Shown here piece by piece: positions 55,292-64,000 of a DNA stretch of 64,000 nucleotides (within the stretch, counting starts at the first letter, position 1; the number at the start of each line of letters is the position of its first letter). The notes beneath the pieces were generated by a model. The model was given only the letters and a program-made list of their open reading frames with translations. It did not search any database and was not told where the DNA came from. Position numbers and translations under genes: made by a program. Origin of the DNA: Bacillota bacterium (lineage in GTDB: Bacteria > Bacillota > Dethiobacteria > DTU022); assembly GCA_046483445.1 (NCBI GenBank), contig JAWODD010000041.1, forward strand, positions 42,303 through 106,302. Reading direction: 5' to 3'.

Positions 55292-57385
55292 TTGACTCAG
55301 CATGGTAACCAGGATTTAGCATTGGAAAATATTCATCCGCCCTGTCAATCGGCCTGTCCGCTGCACCAGGGTGTCCGTGATTATTTGCTGGCCATTGCCA
55401 CCGGGGATTTTGATCGGTCGCTGGCGATAATCAAGGAAACAAACCCGCTGCCATTTGTTTGCGGGACTATTTGCGCGCACCATTGCGAAGATGAATGCAG
55501 GCGTAATGATGTAGACAAGCCCCCTTCAATTCGCGGGTTAAAGCGTTTTGCTATTGAATATGGCAACGCCAAAGCAGCTCCGCCTAAAGATGATTATAGG
55601 ATCAGCGGCAAAGTAGCTGTAATCGGTGCCGGTCCCTCCGGGCTTACTGCGGCTTATGATTTGGTCCGGATGGGAGCCGATGTGACTGTTTTTGACAGTG
55701 ACCAAAAAGCCGGTGGAGCGGTTCGCCATTACATCCCCCTTTACCGCCTGCCTGATGAAGCGGTTGATCAAGACATAGTCGAAATTGAAGACCAGGGGGT
55801 TAAAATTGAATATGGCGTAGAGTTGGGCAAGGACATTACTATAGAACAGCTGAAAAAAGACGGCTATCAGTCGATTCTTTTGGCTATGGGTTTACCGGTA
55901 AGCCGCGGCCTGAATTTGCCCGGGGTTGAAGGCGAGGGTATTCTATACGCCCTACCATTTTTGAAGCAGGTGAAACGGGAGGGCTTTAAATTTGAAGGCA
56001 ATCCCACCGTTATCGTTATTGGTGGGGGTAACGTGGCTATGGATGTTTCCCGCTCGGCGCTGCGAGCGGGGGCCGGCAAGGTAAGGCTGGCCTGTCTTGA
56101 ATGTGATGAAGAGATGCCTGCATTCAGCTGGGAAATAGACGAAGCCCGGGAAGAGGGAGTGGAAATGAACCCTTCCTGGGGCCCGGATTCAATTGTCAGG
56201 GAAAATGGTAAAATTAAAGGCCTCCAGCTGGTTGAATGCACCTGTGTTTTTGATGATCAGGGCCGTTTCAATCCTGATTTTAACAAGGATAATAAAAATA
56301 TGCTTGAAGGAGACATTGTTATTTTTGCAATCGGCCAGGGTGGAGATCCCGAACCAGTCCGTGGCGAAATAGATCTTGATGATCGCGGCCGGCCGATTTT
56401 AAACCGCCGGACAATGCAGACCAGCCAGCCTGGTGTTTTTGGCTGCGGTGAGATGTTTACCGGGCCCGGGACGGCAGTGGAATCCATGGGGAACGGCCGG
56501 TTAGCGGCTAAGGCAATCGCTTGCTACCTGGAAGGAATTCCCTTTGACAGCCAAACTCTCGAAGAAACACCGGAGCTTGAGAAACTTGATGAGAAAGTAG
56601 CTGGAGAAATAGATCAGGTGGAACGCAATCCGATCCCGATGATGTCACCTGAAGAAAGGGTCCGTCACTTTAAGCAGGCAGAATATGGTTACGATCCTGA
56701 GACTGCAATCTGTGAAGCTCGTCGCTGTCTAACCTGCGCTGCCGGGGCTCAGCGGATCGACGAGTTGTGTGTCAATTGTCTGACCTGCGTGCGGGTCTGT
56801 CCCTATGATGTGCCTGTTATTAACGAGGAAGGTACTGTGACTATCCGTAATGAACAGTGCCAGGCCTGCGGATTGTGTATGGGTATTTGCCCTGTTTATG
56901 CGATCAAATTCCGCTCTTCATATGTTGAAGAAGCTGCCCAGGCAATTGAACCTGCCGTGCAGAAGCTTGCTGCCAAAAAAAACGGGGAACCGGCTATGCT
57001 GGCAATAACCTGTGCTTATGGAGCATTTGCTTTGCCGGAATTTCTCCAAAAAGAACATAAAAATACCGCATTAGTTCGCTACCCCTGTGTCGGCAAGGTT
57101 GATTCGCTGCACATACTCAAGGCTATTGAACATGGTGCTGATGGTGTTGTAGTTGTTGGGTGCAGTGAAAGCGATAAATTTAACTGTCAGTATAAAGAAA
57201 TTGGCCAGTGGACGGAAAAACGAGTTGGCCGCGCCGGTGAGCTGCTTGAAGCCATTGGATTGGAGCGTGAACGCGTCAGTTATAGCGAACTGCCCGGAGA
57301 AGAAATTGATAAGTTTGATCAGGTGATTGAAGAAGCTGTTAAAAATCTTAAAGAAGGCGGTTCTAAAGAAAAAGAAGAAGAGTAA
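55292..57385 (+). CDS. GltD-family FAD/NAD(P)-dependent oxidoreductase with C-terminal 2x[4Fe-4S] and MvhD-like domains
   Basis: N-terminus CQSACPLHQGVRDYL...NPLPFVCGTICAHHCEDECRR is the GltD/SudA-type Fe-S helical domain. VAVIGAGPSGLTAAYDL is an FAD Rossmann fold. CVNCLTCVRVCPYD and CQACGLCMGICP form a 2x[4Fe-4S] ferredoxin domain. CVGKVDSLHILKAIEHGADGVVVVGC is MvhD-like. Confidence 0.7.
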   Translation: MTQHGNQDLALENIHPPCQSACPLHQGVRDYLLAIATGDFDRSLAIIKETNPLPFVCGTICAHHCEDECRRNDVDKPPSIRGLKRFAIEYGNAKAAPPKDDYRISGKVAVIGAGPSGLTAAYDLVRMGADVTVFDSDQKAGGAVRHYIPLYRLPDEAVDQDIVEIEDQGVKIEYGVELGKDITIEQLKKDGYQSILLAMGLPVSRGLNLPGVEGEGILYALPFLKQVKREGFKFEGNPTVIVIGGGNVAMDVSRSALRAGAGKVRLACLECDEEMPAFSWEIDEAREEGVEMNPSWGPDSIVRENGKIKGLQLVECTCVFDDQGRFNPDFNKDNKNMLEGDIVIFAIGQGGDPEPVRGEIDLDDRGRPILNRRTMQTSQPGVFGCGEMFTGPGTAVESMGNGRLAAKAIACYLEGIPFDSQTLEETPELEKLDEKVAGEIDQVERNPIPMMSPEERVRHFKQAEYGYDPETAICEARRCLTCAAGAQRIDELCVNCLTCVRVCPYDVPVINEEGTVTIRNEQCQACGLCMGICPVYAIKFRSSYVEEAAQAIEPAVQKLAAKKNGEPAMLAITCAYGAFALPEFLQKEHKNTALVRYPCVGKVDSLHILKAIEHGADGVVVVGCSESDKFNCQYKEIGQWTEKRVGRAGELLEAIGLERERVSYSELPGEEIDKFDQVIEEAVKNLKEGGSKEKEEE

Positions 57386-57416
57386 GCTGCCGGCAATTAA
57401 TGTAAAGGTAAATTCA

Positions 57417-57460
57417 AGGCCCCGGTCAATACAATATTTACCGGGGCCTGGTATTTATTT
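57417..57460 (+). terminator. intrinsic terminator
   Basis: Perfect 10-bp stem AGGCCCCGGT / ACCGGGGCCT (13-nt loop) followed by GGTATTTATTT. Confidence 0.5.
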
Positions 57461-57706
57461 AATGTTTCTAACTCAGGAAGGAATGTCCAAAGTTACGTCG
57501 AATCATTACAAACCGAAGTGAAGCAGAAGCGATTTAAAATTTAATTATAAAGTGGAACCAAAACAGGAAAAAGTAGTCTCTATCTGGGAAACAAAGAACA
57601 GGCAAACTAAAAAGCCCAGGCGATAGAATATACCTCGTCTCTGTTAACCGGGATGGGGTTTTTGTTATAAAATTGAAAGTTGTTGCTTTAGAGGGTGTTA
57701 TTGGTT

Positions 57707-59554
57707 ATGCATAAAGGTATACCTGAAAATATTATTGAGGAAATAAGGCAGCGCACCGATCTGGTAGATCTGGTGAGCGAGTATCTTAAGCTTGAAAGGA
57801 GAGGCAAAAATATGGTCGGCCTTTGTCCTTTCCACAGTGAAAAAACCCCTTCTTTTACAGTTTCGCCTGAAAAGCAGCTTTTCCATTGCTTTGGCTGCGG
57901 CGCTTCCGGTAATGCCTTTAGCTTTATCATGCAAATGGACAATTTAAATTTTCCGGAAGCGGCCCGGATACTGGCCAGTCGGTGCGGTGTAAAAATACCT
58001 GAAGCTAATCGCTCGGAGCAAAAAAAAGAGGATTTTAAAGAGAAAATATATCGCACCAATATGCTGGCAACCCGGTTTTATGCTTACTGCCTTAAAAATA
58101 CCGAACCTGGAAAACAAGCGCTGGAATATTTACAAAAAAGAGGAATTGCACAACAGACCATAGAAAAGTTTAGGTTAGGGTATGCTCCTTCTGACTGGCA
58201 GGGGTTTTTAAAGTTTGCTCAAAAAAAAGGAGCTGACCCGGAATCACTGGTCAAAGCCGGTTTGGTATCGCCGGGCCAAAAAAAGGGATATTATGATCGG
58301 TTTCGGAACAGGATTATGTTTCCTATCTTTGACATTAGCGGAAAAGTTTCCGGCTTTGGAGGAAGGCTGCTATCCGAAAGTGAAAAAAGCGGGCCCAAGT
58401 ACCTTAATTCACCGGAAACGCTGGTATTTGATAAGGGTTCAACTTTGTACGGTTTAAACCTGGCCCGGGAAACAATCCGGCGTGAAAAAAAGGCAATAGT
58501 AATGGAAGGGTATACAGATGTTATTGCCGCATATCAAGCAGGTATAAAAAATGTCGTTGCTTCTTTGGGTACGGCCTTGACCAAAGCTCAGGCCCGTCAG
58601 CTGCGCTTTCAGGCTGAAACGGTGGTAACAGCTTATGATTCAGATATCGCCGGAGAAGCCGCAACCTGGCGAGGCCTGGCTATACTGCAGTCAACTGGAT
58701 GCTTGGTGCAAGTAGCCGCTCTGCCGGAAGGTAGCGACCCGGACAGCTACATCAAGGAATATGGAGCGGATTCCTTTTTGCAGCTGGTGGATAAGGCGAC
58801 ACCCTTAATGGAATACCGCCTGACACAATTAAAAAAAAGGTATGATCTTTCTACGGATAAAGACCGGGTAGAATATACAGATGAGCTGATGTCTATTTTG
58901 CTTTCAGCGGTCAACCATATTGAACAAAATTACTATCTAAAAAAAGCGGCGGAGGAATTGGCAATAGATGAAGAAGCCCTGCGCAGTGAACTAAAAAAAC
59001 GGCAGAAATGGAGTAACCGCTATAAAGAAGAGGGGAAAAAAGATACGCCGCAGGAAAAAAATGGGCAACAGCAAAAGAGCAGGATCAGCCCTGCAGAAAA
59101 AATATTAATATCTTTGATGCTTCAAAGCAAGGAAATAGCGGAAAAAGGTCGAAATGTTTTAAAACTGAATTATTTAACTGATTCGCGGGTGAAGGAAATT
59201 GTAGAAAAGATCTGGGAATACCTTGATAATGATGATACAGCGACAGTTGATAAGCTATTAAACTATTTTGATGACCCGCAAATTAATAATTTGATTACTG
59301 AGGCGGTAACTGATCCTTCCTTGCAGGATTTGCCCCCTCAAACCGCGAAACGTATGGCAGAAGATTGTATAAATCAACTATACAAAAATTGGGCGAAAAA
59401 ACAGCAAAGAGAACTGCAGAAAAAATTAAAAGAACTGGAAATGCAAGGAGAAGAAGACAAGATAGAAGAATTGTTGCGAAAACACCAGGATCTGTTAAAT
59501 ATAAAAGATGACAGCCCTTACCGGTTAGGAAAAGGAGGGGATTTCAATGGCTAG
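57707..59554 (+). CDS. dnaG: DNA primase
   Basis: Zinc ribbon [30 protein letters not shown]; Toprim motif ...[10 protein letters not shown].... ATG at 57707 after a GAGGG RBS. Confidence 0.9.
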   Translation: MHKGIPENIIEEIRQRTDLVDLVSEYLKLERRGKNMVGLCPFHSEKTPSFTVSPEKQLFHCFGCGASGNAFSFIMQMDNLNFPEAARILASRCGVKIPEANRSEQKKEDFKEKIYRTNMLATRFYAYCLKNTEPGKQALEYLQKRGIAQQTIEKFRLGYAPSDWQGFLKFAQKKGADPESLVKAGLVSPGQKKGYYDRFRNRIMFPIFDISGKVSGFGGRLLSESEKSGPKYLNSPETLVFDKGSTLYGLNLARETIRREKKAIVMEGYTDVIAAYQAGIKNVVASLGTALTKAQARQLRFQAETVVTAYDSDIAGEAATWRGLAILQSTGCLVQVAALPEGSDPDSYIKEYGADSFLQLVDKATPLMEYRLTQLKKRYDLSTDKDRVEYTDELMSILLSAVNHIEQNYYLKKAAEELAIDEEALRSELKKRQKWSNRYKEEGKKDTPQEKNGQQQKSRISPAEKILISLMLQSKEIAEKGRNVLKLNYLTDSRVKEIVEKIWEYLDNDDTATVDKLLNYFDDPQINNLITEAVTDPSLQDLPPQTAKRMAEDCINQLYKNWAKKQQRELQKKLKELEMQGEEDKIEELLRKHQDLLNIKDDSPYRLGKGGDFNG

Positions 59555-60659
59555 AGATCTGGAAAAAACAATTTCCCTGGAAGATGCTCAGCAGGAGCTA
59601 ATTGAGCGCGGTAAAAACAAGGGTTCAATAAGTTATAAAGAAATTATTGCAACCCTTCAACCATATGAACTTTCTGTGGATGCGCTGGATAACTTTTATG
59701 ACAGGCTGGCTCAGCAAGGGATCGATATAACTGATGATACAACTGCTGATGTAGCAAAACCTTCTAAAGATGAAAGTGAAGATGATGAAGCAGAGGAGGA
59801 TAGCGACCCATTGTCGGTTCCGGAAGGAATAACAGTTAACGATCCGGTTCGGATGTACTTAAAAGAGATCGGCAAAATTTCTTTGCTTACTTCCCAAGAA
59901 GAAATCGAATTGGCCAAAAGAATTGAGCAGGATGATGAAGAGGCCAAACGCCGCCTGGCTGAAGCCAACTTACGTTTAGTGGTAAGCATTGCGAAAAAAT
60001 ATGTCGGGCGAGGTATGCTTTTCTTGGATCTGATCCAGGAGGGCAATATGGGTTTAATTAAAGCTGTGGAAAAGTTTGATTATCGTAAAGGTTATAAGTT
60101 CAGTACTTATGCTACCTGGTGGATTAGACAGGCTATCACCAGGGCAATTGCCGATCAAGCCAGGACCATAAGGATACCTGTTCATATGGTTGAAACGATT
60201 AATAAGCTGATACGAGTTTCCAGGCAGCTTGTCCAGGATTTGGGCAGGGAACCTTTACCTGAAGAAATTGCCCAGGAAATGAATATCAGCGAAGAACGGG
60301 TTAGAGAGATTTTGAAGATAGCCCAGGAGCCCGTATCTTTGGAAACACCGATTGGCGAAGAAGATGACAGCCATTTGGGCGATTTTATTGAAGATCATGA
60401 AGCTCAGGCACCTGCTGATGCCGCTGCTTTTGAACTGCTGAAAGAACAGCTGGAAGATGTGCTCGATACTCTTTCCTCCCGGGAAGAAAAAGTGCTTCGT
60501 TTACGTTTTGGACTTGACGACGGTCGCTCTCGGACATTAGAAGAAGTGGGACAGTACTTTGGTGTAACCCGGGAAAGAATACGCCAGATTGAAGCCAAAG
60601 CGCTTCGCAAACTACGCCATCCTATGCGCAGTAAACGGTTGCGTGATTATCTCGAATAA
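59547..60659 (+). CDS. sigA: RNA polymerase principal sigma factor (sigma-70/SigA)
   Basis: Region 2.4 [27 protein letters not shown]; region 4 [29 protein letters not shown]. Overlaps the dnaG end as in the Bacillus dnaG-sigA arrangement. Confidence 0.9.
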   Translation: MARDLEKTISLEDAQQELIERGKNKGSISYKEIIATLQPYELSVDALDNFYDRLAQQGIDITDDTTADVAKPSKDESEDDEAEEDSDPLSVPEGITVNDPVRMYLKEIGKISLLTSQEEIELAKRIEQDDEEAKRRLAEANLRLVVSIAKKYVGRGMLFLDLIQEGNMGLIKAVEKFDYRKGYKFSTYATWWIRQAITRAIADQARTIRIPVHMVETINKLIRVSRQLVQDLGREPLPEEIAQEMNISEERVREILKIAQEPVSLETPIGEEDDSHLGDFIEDHEAQAPADAAAFELLKEQLEDVLDTLSSREEKVLRLRFGLDDGRSRTLEEVGQYFGVTRERIRQIEAKALRKLRHPMRSKRLRDYLE

Positions 60660-60698
60660 AATAAAAAGGACGACTCGAAAAATTGTTAAAGTAACTCT

Positions 60699-60726
60699 TG
60701 ACGAGATTGCAGGTATTCAGTATAAT
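60699..60726 (+). promoter_or_regulatory. sigma-A promoter for tRNA-Asn
   Basis: TTGACG, a 17-nt spacer, then TATAAT at 60721-60726. Confidence 0.5.
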
Positions 60727-60744
60727 ACTACTTGCCGATAAGGT

Positions 60745-60819
60745 TCCTCAGTAGCTCAACGGCAGAGCGACCGGCTGTTAACCGGTAGGTTGCAGGTTCG
60801 AATCCTGCCTGGGGAGCCA
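60745..60819 (+). tRNA. tRNA-Asn (anticodon GTT)
   Basis: Cloverleaf traced by hand: acceptor stem TCCTCAG/CTGGGGA (one G-U pair), anticodon loop CTGTTAA, T-loop GGTTCGAATCC, discriminator G plus encoded CCA. Confidence 0.85.
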
Positions 60820-60834
60820 ATTTTATGTCCTTAT

Positions 60835-61515
60835 CTAACCTGTTTGTTTTTCCTTCCTCCATTCGCAGCGGTCTTGTTTTGAACAAAAATCGCAGGGAAT
60901 CATACTGGAATCCAAGTTTTTGCCCCGGGGTATTACAAAAGTGGCTGATTTTCTGGGAATTATCATACAGCTTTCGGTAAGGCGAAGATTTATTTTTTCA
61001 GCGGGCAGAAGGGAAAACACCTCTCTTTGTTGTTCAATCGGCCATCCTTCCTGACCGGGTTGGGCCCGCATGCCCAGATCTAAACCCTGTTCGCAGGCTT
61101 CAGCGCTGATTACACCTTCAATGGCCTGTGATACTTTTCGAAGGGCGGCGATACCGGCACCGTCTAAAGCTACAGCTTTTACAGGGTTTTCTTTCATTAA
61201 TTCATTAACCCTGTTTTCCAGCTCGGGTCCAATGGAGTACATGGCGATATTTAAAGATTCAGCGCCGGCCATAGCTTTGGCCACCAGGGGGCCTTCAAAA
61301 TAGCCCCCTTCGAAAGAAATTTTTTGGTGTTCAAAAGCGGATACTTTTACCACCGTATACAGAGCCACCGGATTTACCAGGGAGTAAGCTTCCTCGATTA
61401 TCGCTTCTGCATCGTTGAAAAGGCGCTTTGAAGCGCGGTTGGGATCAATCCCCTGACCTTTTAGCACATCTTCCGCATTGAGGGTGATATCAAGGTTATC
61501 AATTAGTTTATACAT
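60835..61515 (-). CDS. putative methionine-synthase B12 activation-domain-like protein (Met_synt_B12-like), ~226 aa
   Basis: True start is the ATG at 61513-61515 (MYKLIDNLDITLNAEDVLKGQGIDP...) with a GGAGG RBS 8 nt upstream. The ORF-track N-terminal extension runs antisense through two tRNA genes and is spurious. N-terminal pattern resembles stand-alone clostridial MetH activation-domain proteins. Cys-rich C-terminus (CDFCSKQDRC). Confidence 0.45.
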   Translation of the reverse strand: MYKLIDNLDITLNAEDVLKGQGIDPNRASKRLFNDAEAIIEEAYSLVNPVALYTVVKVSAFEHQKISFEGGYFEGPLVAKAMAGAESLNIAMYSIGPELENRVNELMKENPVKAVALDGAGIAALRKVSQAIEGVISAEACEQGLDLGMRAQPGQEGWPIEQQREVFSLLPAEKINLRLTESCMIIPRKSATFVIPRGKNLDSSMIPCDFCSKQDRCEWRKEKQTG

Positions 61516-61640
61516 GGGTTTAACCTCCAGTAATATAAAGCGATCTTTTATTATTTTATCCTTTAATACAGTTCTTGACAACATTCTTAAGGGTGTGTTA
61601 AACTCATAGAGCCATGAGGGAGGCAAGAGTTTTGCGAAGC

Positions 61641-61716
61641 GGGCCCATAGCTCAGCTGGAAGAGCTACCGGCTCATAACCGGTTGGTCCCAGGTTCGAGT
61701 CCTGGTGGGCCCACCA
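61641..61716 (+). tRNA. tRNA-Met (anticodon CAT), elongator-type; the Ile2 lysidine tRNA cannot be excluded
   Basis: Acceptor stem GGGCCCA/TGGGCCC, anticodon loop CTCATAA, T-loop GGTTCGAGTCC, CCA encoded. 1-72 is a G-C pair, so not an initiator tRNA. Confidence 0.8.
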
Positions 61717-61722
61717 TAACAT

Positions 61723-61798
61723 GGCCCCTTCGTCTAATAGGTTAGGACACCAGCCTTTCAAGCTGGCAACAGGGGTTCGAATCCCCTAGGGGTCACCA
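61723..61798 (+). tRNA. tRNA-Glu (anticodon TTC)
   Basis: GGCCCCTTCGTCTAA...anticodon loop CTTTCAA...GGGGTTCGAATCCCCTAGGGGTCACCA is near-identical in form to the bacterial tRNA-Glu consensus. Confidence 0.8.
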
Positions 61799-61812
61799 TT
61801 ATTCCAATAATT

Positions 61813-61855
61813 AGGCAGATAGCCCCCAAACGGCATCTGCCTAAAATTATATCTT
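61813..61855 (+). terminator. putative terminator after the tRNA-Met/Glu pair
   Basis: 8-bp stem AGGCAGAT / ATCTGCCT (14-nt loop) followed by an A/T-rich tail. Confidence 0.35.
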
Positions 61856-61963
61856 TCGGCCCCGGATAGAAATTTTTTCTTCCCGGGTTTTTATTATCAG
61901 GGTCAGGTCTAAAACACTCGAGACATTCCTAAAAAATTTTAAGACTTAGAGGGCGTTTTTTTC

Positions 61964-61999
61964 CTTGACTTCCGCTAAAAAAACTATTAAAATTAGGAA
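61964..61999 (+). promoter_or_regulatory. sigma-A promoter for tRNA-Val
   Basis: TTGACT at 61964-61969, the 17-nt spacer TCCGCTAAAAAAACTAT, then TAAAAT. Confidence 0.45.
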
Positions 62000-62012
62000 G
62001 CGCAAGGAAATA

Positions 62013-62088
62013 GGGGCGAATAGCTCAGCGGGAGAGCACCTGCCTTACAAGCAGGGGGTCGTAGGTTCAAAACCTACTTCGCCCACCA
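62013..62088 (+). tRNA. tRNA-Val (anticodon TAC)
   Basis: Acceptor stem GGGCGAA/TTCGCCC, anticodon loop CTTACAA, CCA encoded. The track ORF 61965-62159 over it is spurious. Confidence 0.8.
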
Positions 62089-62340
62089 TTAATCCAGAAA
62101 TGGCGGAGAAGCTAAATCTCCGCCATAATTTTATTTTAAAGGGATTAATCAAATACTAAAGATTTGACCAATAATTTTACATTCGGTAAAATAAAGCTTA
62201 AGAATTCAAGTCAAAAGTAAAGTATTATTTGCGGTCCTGGTTTGCTTTATAAATATATGCTCTCTCAAATCAGGAGCTAAAAGTGAGTTATAAAGGTATA
62301 GAACGCACATTATAAAAATTTGAGTAAAGCGAGGGATACC

Positions 62341-62919
62341 ATGGATACGAAAGCACCTACCCGGGAAGAAGCGATGGCACTTTTAAAGAAGCATAACCAA
62401 AACGATGCTTTGATCAAACATGCTCTGGCTGTGGAAGCGGTAATGGGCCATTTTGCCGAAAAGTTTGGGGAAGATGTTGAAAAATGGCGGGTTATTGGCC
62501 TGGTTCACGACCTGGACTATGAAAAGTATCCGGAAGAACACTGCCATAAAACAAAGGAAATGCTGGAGGAAGAAGGTTACCCAGAAGATTATATCAGGGC
62601 GGTGCAAAGCCATGGCTGGAAAATTTGCACCGAGGTTGAACCGGTGGAACCGATGGAAAAAGTTCTTTATGGCATAGATGAATTGACCGGTTTAATTGTT
62701 GCCACTGTATTGATGCGGCCCAGCAAGAGTATTATGGATCTCACCGCCAAATCGGTTAAGAAAAAATGGAAACAAAAAGGTTTTGCTGCCGGGGTGGACC
62801 GCGGCATCATCGAAGAAGGAGCGAACCTTCTGGGGATGGAAGTAAGTGAGTTGATTGAAGAAACCATCAAAGGAATGCAAACCGCTGCAGATGAACTTGA
62901 GCTCAGGGGCGATCTTTAA
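62341..62919 (+). CDS. HD-domain phosphohydrolase
   Basis: ...ALIKHALAVEAVMGHFAEKFG...WRVIGLVHDLDYEKYPEEH... (H...HD motif). ATG at 62341. Confidence 0.7.
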   Translation: MDTKAPTREEAMALLKKHNQNDALIKHALAVEAVMGHFAEKFGEDVEKWRVIGLVHDLDYEKYPEEHCHKTKEMLEEEGYPEDYIRAVQSHGWKICTEVEPVEPMEKVLYGIDELTGLIVATVLMRPSKSIMDLTAKSVKKKWKQKGFAAGVDRGIIEEGANLLGMEVSELIEETIKGMQTAADELELRGDL

Positions 62920-62994
62920 ATACAGCTGCCTGCCCTGCTTTAAGAGGTTTGCTTATAATTTGTTTTTTAATGGCAATGAGTTCGGGTAATCTAT

Positions 62995-63648
62995 TCAGCA
63001 GTATTTGTTCCAGGTAAAAAGCGCTTTTAAGCATTCTTTGTACATTTGCAGGCGGGAAAGCAGGCCCCTTGCAAATCCAAACTTGGCTTCTTTCATATGA
63101 TGAGTTAATTTTTTTAGATAGGGATATGATACTGCATAGTTTTTGGATGCGGCGTATTTGCTTATGAAAACCTCAACACCAAACCTGCACCAGGAAAGAT
63201 TAGGCAGGCTGTTTATAAAGCTGCCTCTAAGTCCCCGTTGCCCGTTTAAAATATCAAAATAACGATGGGCAAGGTCAGTCAGGGTTCCACCTCCGCGGAA
63301 AACACCGACAGTCATCGCGAGGTTATCATTATTTTGTAAGGGAGTTAATAATTCGTCTAAATGACCGTGGTGAAAATTGATCAGATCGGCATCGATAAAA
63401 ATCCAGTAGTCTGTATTTCCTACATGGTCGATCCCTGCCTGGAGGGCTGCTCCTTTCCCCCGGTTAATTCCAAGTTCAATAAGTTCCACAGGATATTTTC
63501 TTGAAACCTCAGCAGTGCCATCAGTAGAACCATCGTCTATCACAACCACTCTTTTTGGCCCAACATAAGTACAGATAACTTCTAAAACCGGGCCTATGCG
63601 GGGCGCTTCGTTATAGGCCGGGACAAGAATAGTAAGGTTGTTTTGCAA
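62995..63648 (-). CDS. family-2 glycosyltransferase
   Basis: LTILVPAYNEAPRIGPVLE...VVVIDDGSTDGT...IFIDADL shows the GT-A DxD fold. 217 aa. Confidence 0.75.
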   Translation of the reverse strand: MQNNLTILVPAYNEAPRIGPVLEVICTYVGPKRVVVIDDGSTDGTAEVSRKYPVELIELGINRGKGAALQAGIDHVGNTDYWIFIDADLINFHHGHLDELLTPLQNNDNLAMTVGVFRGGGTLTDLAHRYFDILNGQRGLRGSFINSLPNLSWCRFGVEVFISKYAASKNYAVSYPYLKKLTHHMKEAKFGFARGLLSRLQMYKECLKALFTWNKYC

Positions 63649-63765
63649 TAGGGTCCTCCTTCGATAACTTTTATACTCAATTATTCTATTTGTTCCTTAA
63701 AAACCCTTGTTAAGGAAAAGATCCTTATGATTGGTCGTGTTATAATCAGACTTGAAATCTATTAA

Positions 63766-64000
<235 letters not shown>

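Noticed and set aside
61965-62159. 64-aa ORF
   Set aside because: It overlaps tRNA-Val (62013-62088) on the same strand, so the tRNA fully explains the region.

Overview
This 64 kb window reads as chromosomal core DNA from a low-GC Gram-positive anaerobe, most likely a Clostridia-class Firmicute. Gene order matches well-known Bacillus/Clostridium operons: hrcA-grpE-dnaK-dnaJ-rsmE-mtaB behind a perfect CIRCE element; phoH-pgpH-ybeY-dgkA-era-recO; rpsU-yqeY; a T-box leader in front of glyQ-glyS; PDRP-ppdK; dnaG-sigA; and tRNA-Asn plus a tRNA-Met/Glu/Val cluster. Nearly all genes lie on the + strand. I found no CRISPR array, transposase, integrase or obvious mobile element. Non-housekeeping content sits in a few pockets: (i) ald-agcS-alr alanine module at the left edge; (ii) a GlmU-C-terminal-like hexapeptide protein, a hypothetical and nagB; (iii) the most unusual locus, 6618-13134: a 1354-aa protein that fuses an ~860-aa unrecognisable helical N-terminal region to the ATP-grasp and phospho-histidine swivel domains of pyruvate phosphate dikinase but lacks the PEP/pyruvate TIM-barrel, followed by a divergent 418-aa GAPDH-family dehydrogenase and a DUF362/4Fe-4S protein, with visibly lower GC than the real ppdK elsewhere in the window; (iv) serA apparently co-transcribed with a YruB-type glutaredoxin-like protein, a rubredoxin-fused ferredoxin-thioredoxin-reductase catalytic-subunit homolog and a proline-racemase-fold enzyme; (v) an 812-aa LonC-like protease with a degenerate Walker A motif and a poly-glutamine tract; (vi) a GltD-like flavoprotein carrying 4Fe-4S and MvhD domains upstream of dnaG. 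All calls come from reading the translations and DNA motifs by eye. No database search was run.
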